From contig CP006868.1 of assembly GCA_025340205.1 (NCBI GenBank), positions 1,590,001 through 1,622,000 on the forward strand: a stretch of 32,000 nucleotides of DNA, written 5' to 3'. This stretch comes from Ignicoccus pacificus DSM 13166. Lineage in GTDB: Archaea > Thermoproteota > Thermoprotei_A > Sulfolobales > Ignicoccaceae. The notes under the pieces are model-generated. The model saw nothing but the letters and a program-made list of their open reading frames with translations, searched no databases and was not told the origin of the DNA. The position numbers and the translations under genes are program-made. Below are positions 24,566 through 32,000 of this stretch, in pieces. Every line of letters begins with the position of its first letter. Within the stretch, counting starts at the first letter, position 1.

Positions 24566-27376
24566 TTAGTGTGAAAGGAAAGCCTCGAGCTTGCTCGTTC
24601 CGCTGAGGTATGCGCTGTCGATACTGAATGCCTTCAGTATTTGACCTAATGTGGTTTCTATTACATCGAAGTACTTATCTAGATCGAGTTCGGGTAGTTT
24701 GGCCAGTTGTACCGGTTTAACGCCTTCGGATCCCTTCACCTTGACGAACGATATTACATCACCTTGTCCTACTTCCACTCCAAACCTCTTCAGCATTAAA
24801 GCTGCCTTGACGTGCTGAGGCATGTTCTTCGTATATGCCTCAAGTGGTTTCGTCAATTGCATGTGGAAGGCAAGCTCGTCCAAGTCGTAGTACTGCCTTC
24901 TCAGATTGGTATATAACTGCTTTACGACTTCCTTCACCTTTCTTCTGGTCTCCACCACTTCTTCTGGAGTGTTTATCTCTTTAATCATGTCTATTAACTG
25001 TATGAAGGTTTGTTTGACGAATAAAGGCGTGTTCCTCTTCTTTCCTAGTAATCCCTTCACATCTATGCTTCCATCGGGATACACACCTATGTAGTTCTTC
25101 TTGAGGCCAGTAAACGCTACGAACTTGTACACCTTATCTATCTCTATTTCTAATCCGAACTTCTCCTTGACCCAAGCTATTATCTTGTCCAGTATCTCCT
25201 TGGGCGGTGACCATAAGAACATCGAGTCGGTATCACCATAAAGTACGACAATGCCGTTTTTCTCGGCATAGTTCATTGTCGCCTTTATTGCATATCTGCC
25301 GAACGCTGTAATGCTCTCAGCAGCGGGAGGACAATAAAGCTCGAAGCTGTCTGCTCCAAGGACTCCGTAGGAGGCGTTGATATACACCTTCATTGCCGAT
25401 TGGACTGTATTATACCATTCTCTTAATCTATCGTCTAAGCTCTTGTCCTTTGCCTTCTTCTTATATATTTTAACTCTGTAATCTCTCAATAGGCCTACTA
25501 TGAGGGGAGTTATACCTTCCCTATCCTGACATATCTTGTGACCCACCTCAGGGGCTTCAATATACTTCTTACAATTGGGTTCGTTAACTGTCTCGTAACT
25601 TATGTTATACTTCTTGATTATTGTTGGATATAGGGATGCGAAGTCTAATACAACTACATTGAAGAATATCCCTGCCACTGGCTCGAATACGAACGCCCCT
25701 TGATACCTCTTTCCTTTAATTATTGCAGAGCTCTTTATCGAACCCTTCATTCTTTCTATGTCTTCTTTGTTAGGTATTAGGTACCTTCTTCTCCTGTGCT
25801 CCCAGAAGAACAAGTTCTTGATCCACGCGGACACTTGTTTCCTCGTAACATCTTCGATGCTCATTTTCGAAATTCGTGAAATCAGTACCATTAGTTTCCA
25901 TGGAAGCCATGAATTGAAGGTGAGCAAGTTCAACGTGAGCTTGGCGTCTCTAAAGTTGTAAATTACTAGTTCATCGTAGTTTAGCTCACTAATCGACTTC
26001 GTAATCTGGACCTTATGCTCTCCTAGAAGCGCTGAAGCCACTGCATCTAGGTTCACTTCCTTATACTTGTTACCGAACGCATAGGTCTTGATCGCATTTA
26101 TGTCGTAGAACTGGTATAGATCGATATGAATTCCATGCTTGGTGGTGAACATGTCATTACTCTTTTTGAATATTATCATGTCGTCTGGAATTCCAAGTAA
26201 CTTAGCCCTATGGAATATGTAGTTAAGGTCGAAGTTGTCACCGTTGTAGGTTATGAGCACTGGGTATTGTCTTATTATTCTCAAGAGCTCAAGGAGTAAC
26301 GCCTTTTCAGAGTCATAGAACTCTACCTCGAAGTCCTGTTTCTTTAGATTCTCTATCTCTTCTTCTGTTAGCCTCTTGTCATTCCTCAATAGGACTAGTA
26401 CCTTCTTCAAGCCATCAGAGCCAGCTATAGCCACCGACGTTATTGGATAGGGAGCCTTCTCTGGGTCAGGGATCCTACCAACGGAGGGCGTGAAGACCTC
26501 TATGTCTATCGCGACCGCCTTTATATGAGGCGGCGGTGCCTCGAAGACAGGAATCCATGATATTGCCATGTTCTTGAACTCTTCGCTCTCTTCCTCGAAG
26601 GCCTTCAGAACTTTACTTACCTCTTCTCCTGTTATCCTATGAGGCATTGGTACCAACCTCTTTGACTTTACCGTATACTTGAGCATAGGTATTAGGCCTA
26701 GATCGTACACGTAATTATCATGATACTTTATCTTGGCCTCCCAAGCTGTCGGAACCTTATCCCTCAACTTTCTCACGGCTAATGGATCGGTCGTGTAGAT
26801 CTTGGTAAGTCTCTTAAGCTCCTTATTGAGTAGGTCGTACCTATAAACCACATCCATTCCAGCAAAGGTTTCCTCTCTAGTTATTCCCATTCTCCTTGCT
26901 TCTTCAGGAGTTACGTCAGTTAAGAAGTAAGGCTTATGGCCATAGGTATCCACCCATTCAACTATTTCATGTTTCTTTTCATCATATAAGAGGAGTACTG
27001 CCTTTCCTCTATGTCCATCGTAGAGTACTTGGAACAGATAATACTCGGAACCTTCACTGGCCTCTGGTGCGCCTTTCATGAGCACGCTATAGTCCCTAGC
27101 GCCGGCAGAGGCCGGTAAAGCTACCCGGAGAGCTCTCCTCGTAGAGCTGAGCTTAGGGGTTGCTTGAACGTGTTTAGGTTTCTCAGCCTTCACAAAGTAG
27201 CTTAGGGTGCTCGTTTCAATGCTCCTATTTACCCTCCTTTCTATCACTTTTACTTGTGCAGTATTGGCCTTCTTCTCCTTCCCATTACCGTTACCCTTTT
27301 TCTCTATTTCTTTCTTAGAGCCCTTCCCACCATTTAAGAAGTCCAAGAGCGTTGGTCCCCTATGTCTACGCTTCAA
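24566..27376 (-). CDS. polB1: Family-B DNA polymerase PolB1 (Dpo1-type replicative polymerase)
   Basis: Exo I AIDIEV, Exo II YNGDNFDLNY, Exo III YNFRDAKLT, motif A DFASLYPTII, motif B KVYINASYG, motif C YGDTDS. Long stretches parallel Sulfolobus Dpo1 as I recall it (YLFQVLYDG...GHKPYFL, LGLIP, WEHRRR). TTG start. Confidence 0.95.
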   Translation of the reverse strand: MKRRHRGPTLLDFLNGGKGSKKEIEKKGNGNGKEKKANTAQVKVIERRVNRSIETSTLSYFVKAEKPKHVQATPKLSSTRRALRVALPASAGARDYSVLMKGAPEASEGSEYYLFQVLYDGHRGKAVLLLYDEKKHEIVEWVDTYGHKPYFLTDVTPEEARRMGITREETFAGMDVVYRYDLLNKELKRLTKIYTTDPLAVRKLRDKVPTAWEAKIKYHDNYVYDLGLIPMLKYTVKSKRLVPMPHRITGEEVSKVLKAFEEESEEFKNMAISWIPVFEAPPPHIKAVAIDIEVFTPSVGRIPDPEKAPYPITSVAIAGSDGLKKVLVLLRNDKRLTEEEIENLKKQDFEVEFYDSEKALLLELLRIIRQYPVLITYNGDNFDLNYIFHRAKLLGIPDDMIIFKKSNDMFTTKHGIHIDLYQFYDINAIKTYAFGNKYKEVNLDAVASALLGEHKVQITKSISELNYDELVIYNFRDAKLTLNLLTFNSWLPWKLMVLISRISKMSIEDVTRKQVSAWIKNLFFWEHRRRRYLIPNKEDIERMKGSIKSSAIIKGKRYQGAFVFEPVAGIFFNVVVLDFASLYPTIIKKYNISYETVNEPNCKKYIEAPEVGHKICQDREGITPLIVGLLRDYRVKIYKKKAKDKSLDDRLREWYNTVQSAMKVYINASYGVLGADSFELYCPPAAESITAFGRYAIKATMNYAEKNGIVVLYGDTDSMFLWSPPKEILDKIIAWVKEKFGLEIEIDKVYKFVAFTGLKKNYIGVYPDGSIDVKGLLGKKRNTPLFVKQTFIQLIDMIKEINTPEEVVETRRKVKEVVKQLYTNLRRQYYDLDELAFHMQLTKPLEAYTKNMPQHVKAALMLKRFGVEVGQGDVISFVKVKGSEGVKPVQLAKLPELDLDKYFDVIETTLGQILKAFSIDSAYLSGTSKLEAFLSH

Positions 27377-27423
27377 TAATCGTGACCCGTCAGTGCAATA
27401 GGACTACAGCGGTAAAAGAGTGG

Positions 27424-28491
27424 TTAGCGCTTTTTAAAGAACATGTCGAGGCCCACTTGTCTATACCGTATTTTCTCTCTCCAAGCCTTCATCAGCCTTT
27501 CTATTGCTCTCTTCACTCTCTCTTCATTGAAATCATGTTCTACCACTAATATTTCGTATATCTTTTGAGGATCCGGCTCCCTCCATTCTAGCTTGTAGTT
27601 ATCCGTAACCTCGGGGTGTAAGAATATCTCCTTTGCAGCTAGGAAGGGTTCTACGTCCCTTACACCTAAACTTCTCAATATTCTCTCGAGGTCTTTGTAA
27701 GTCTTTACAAGATGAAGGGCTCTCTTCGGGCCTACTCCTTTCACCCCTTCATTGAAATCAGTTCCAATTAACACAGCGATGTCTATCAATTGTTCTCTTG
27801 TGATGCCTAGTTTTTCTAATACACACTGGAGCGTTATCTCTTCGGGTTCTATTACAATATATTCCCTTTTACCTGGAAGCTTTCTTCTTCCCGTTATTGT
27901 AAGGTTACGAACCAAACGAGGACTTCCGAAAAGAAGAGAATCATAATCTTGGCTACCGCTAGCCCAGACTGAGCCTTTCTGAGCCATGTACGCCGCTTGA
28001 GCCTCTCCTTCGCTAGGAGCTTGCACCCAAGGAACACCCATGGCATCGAGGAGTTTCTTCGCTTCCTCTACCATTTCCTTGCTCAATCTCGCACTCATCT
28101 GAGCGTACTTCCTCGCCTCCTCTACCTCGCCCTTTCTAATTGCTTCTTCGTATTTTTCCTTTGCCTTTTCCTTGATCTCTATTCTCCTTTCGATCTCTCT
28201 CGATTTTAGTCTTGGTGGCTTACCATCAAAGACATAAGCAATTCTTATTCCATGTTCCAGCATATTTATCGTTCTGTAAAAGAGCCCCGAGAGGTGACTC
28301 GTCACTCTCCCCTTAGAATCCATTAAGGGTCGTCCATCCTCTCCTCTAATAGCAGCTAAGAACTGATATAGAGAATTGTAAGCGTCTAAAGCTATACTCT
28401 TTCCAGAGAGCGCCCTTAGGCTATGCTCTCTCTTACATTGAGGAGGGATTATTTCTCTTAATGCAGAAACACCCAAGGGATTCTTCCCCAT
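27424..28491 (-). CDS. fen1: Flap endonuclease FEN1
   Basis: [47 protein letters not shown]-terminal canonical PIP box QVGLDMFF. Confidence 0.93.
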   Translation of the reverse strand: MGKNPLGVSALREIIPPQCKREHSLRALSGKSIALDAYNSLYQFLAAIRGEDGRPLMDSKGRVTSHLSGLFYRTINMLEHGIRIAYVFDGKPPRLKSREIERRIEIKEKAKEKYEEAIRKGEVEEARKYAQMSARLSKEMVEEAKKLLDAMGVPWVQAPSEGEAQAAYMAQKGSVWASGSQDYDSLLFGSPRLVRNLTITGRRKLPGKREYIVIEPEEITLQCVLEKLGITREQLIDIAVLIGTDFNEGVKGVGPKRALHLVKTYKDLERILRSLGVRDVEPFLAAKEIFLHPEVTDNYKLEWREPDPQKIYEILVVEHDFNEERVKRAIERLMKAWREKIRYRQVGLDMFFKKR

Positions 28492-28512
28492 GAAACGAAT
28501 GAGGAAACAAAG

Positions 28513-28788
28513 TTAAGAGCTGGTCTCTACGGGAGTCTTGTTCAACGAAATTATCAAGTTATTCTTGACTCTCCTCACATGTATTAATCCATTGAGCTCT
28601 AGATACATTAATGCCTTTATTACCTCCACCTTGGATATTCCAACTTCCTTAAAGGGTTCGACGTATTGTAGTCTTTCGATGAGACCGCCAGCTCCGTCAA
28701 GCTGTATCGACTCTACAGCAGAGAGGATGTTGTAAATTATGAAATAGAGGGGATTCTTCCTCCATATACCCAGCTTGTCCTTAGCCAT
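28513..28788 (-). CDS. Small hypothetical winged-helix-like protein (91 aa)
   Basis: ISKVEVIKALMYLELNGLIHVRRVKNNLII resembles a wHTH recognition helix plus wing. On the minus strand GGTGAG (28792-28797) lies 3 nt upstream of the ATG, only 9 nt after the cdc48 stop. Confidence 0.5.
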   Translation of the reverse strand: MAKDKLGIWRKNPLYFIIYNILSAVESIQLDGAGGLIERLQYVEPFKEVGISKVEVIKALMYLELNGLIHVRRVKNNLIISLNKTPVETSS

Positions 28789-28797
28789 GCTCTCACC

Positions 28798-31432
<2,635 letters not shown>

Positions 31433-31451
<19 letters not shown>

Positions 31452-32000
31452 AGATCCCTCACCCTTACCAAAGCAACTTCCAGTCCCTTTCTATTAAGAT
31501 AGAAATAGGTCTTCGCGCTCGTGGTCATAATTCTCTTATAACCCAAACGTTCTATCGGCGTCACAACACTACAAGTCCCCTTCACTACCTTGATACCCTT
31601 GTTCTCCAAGCTCTGAATTATACCTTCTCGTAAAGCCTCATCGAATACCTTCGGCGAAGTAGCTATCCAGAACTCTCTGCTAACTTTATCCTTTATTATT
31701 TCGTTTATTTTCTTTAGCTCGTTTAAGTTTGAATGAGGACATCCGTGAAATATTAGCTCTGGATCATTGAATCGAAACAGTTCTTCTATTTCCTTTTCGT
31801 CGATCTCAACTCTTTCTTCGTCACCAATATCGTATGTTCCTCGGGGAGTTACCTTCTCCAGAACGCTTAGTGCTATCCCTCCAGAAGCGGCTGAAGCTGC
31901 TAGCATTAGCTTCATCGACTCCTCATCTTGCGGTGGTTTAGGATAGCGAGGTATTCCGCTTCCCACCTTTTCACCTACAAGGTATCCTAAGGCACTCCAC
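31433..32000 (-). CDS. Aconitase X catalytic large subunit (DUF521), C-terminal part; 5' end beyond the window
   Basis: ELIFHGCPHSNLNELKKI and KGTCSVVTP are DUF521-like. The frame stays open upstream of the track's GTG (WSALGYLVGEKVGSGIP...) to position 32000. It overlaps the small subunit by 19 nt. Confidence 0.8.

Overview
All calls come from reading the sequence and recalling motifs. No BLAST, HMM or folding was run, so family assignments for non-housekeeping genes are provisional.

This is a very dense (roughly 90% or more coding) housekeeping segment of a hyperthermophilic, crenarchaeal-type (Thermoprotei-like) archaeon. I support about 37 protein genes on both strands.

I found no rRNA, tRNA, CRISPR array, transposase, integrase or interspersed repeat by eye.

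**Secure genes**
- Nucleotide and translation: archaeal adenylate kinase (5' partial), ribosomal proteins L34e and S30e, cytidylate kinase, RtcB, TiaS. The 49-aa S30e ORF is missing from the supplied track.
- Metabolism: MoeA, long-form HisG, Mrp/ApbC, mevalonate kinase, threonine synthase, BtpA, PurM, prephenate dehydratase, pyruvoyl SpeH-type decarboxylase, creatininase/ArfB-family hydrolase.
- Replication and protein quality control: ATP-dependent DNA ligase, family-B polymerase PolB1 (Dpo1-like), FEN1, CDC48/VCP.
- Isoprenoid: both aconitase-X subunits (DUF126 plus DUF521; the large subunit runs off the 3' window edge).

I see no clear-cut novel multi-gene system.

**Best second-look candidates**
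- A membrane-anchored Regnase/Zc3h12a-type NYN RNase.
- A stand-alone RAM (Lrp/AsnC ligand-binding) domain translationally coupled to tiaS, close to a SpeH-family decarboxylase.
- A MoaD/ThiS-fold protein ending in Arg-Gly instead of Gly-Gly, coupled to purM.
- An ASCH-HTH fusion downstream of a predicted RNase-H-fold nuclease whose stop codon sits in the loop of a perfect 12-bp hairpin.
- A truncated lone MqnA-like gene.
- Four AT-rich lineage-specific orphans, three of them apparently exported.
- Genome-compaction features: 8 of 10 convergent gene pairs overlap at their 3' ends, by up to 64 nt, and divergent pairs share single AT-rich promoter elements.
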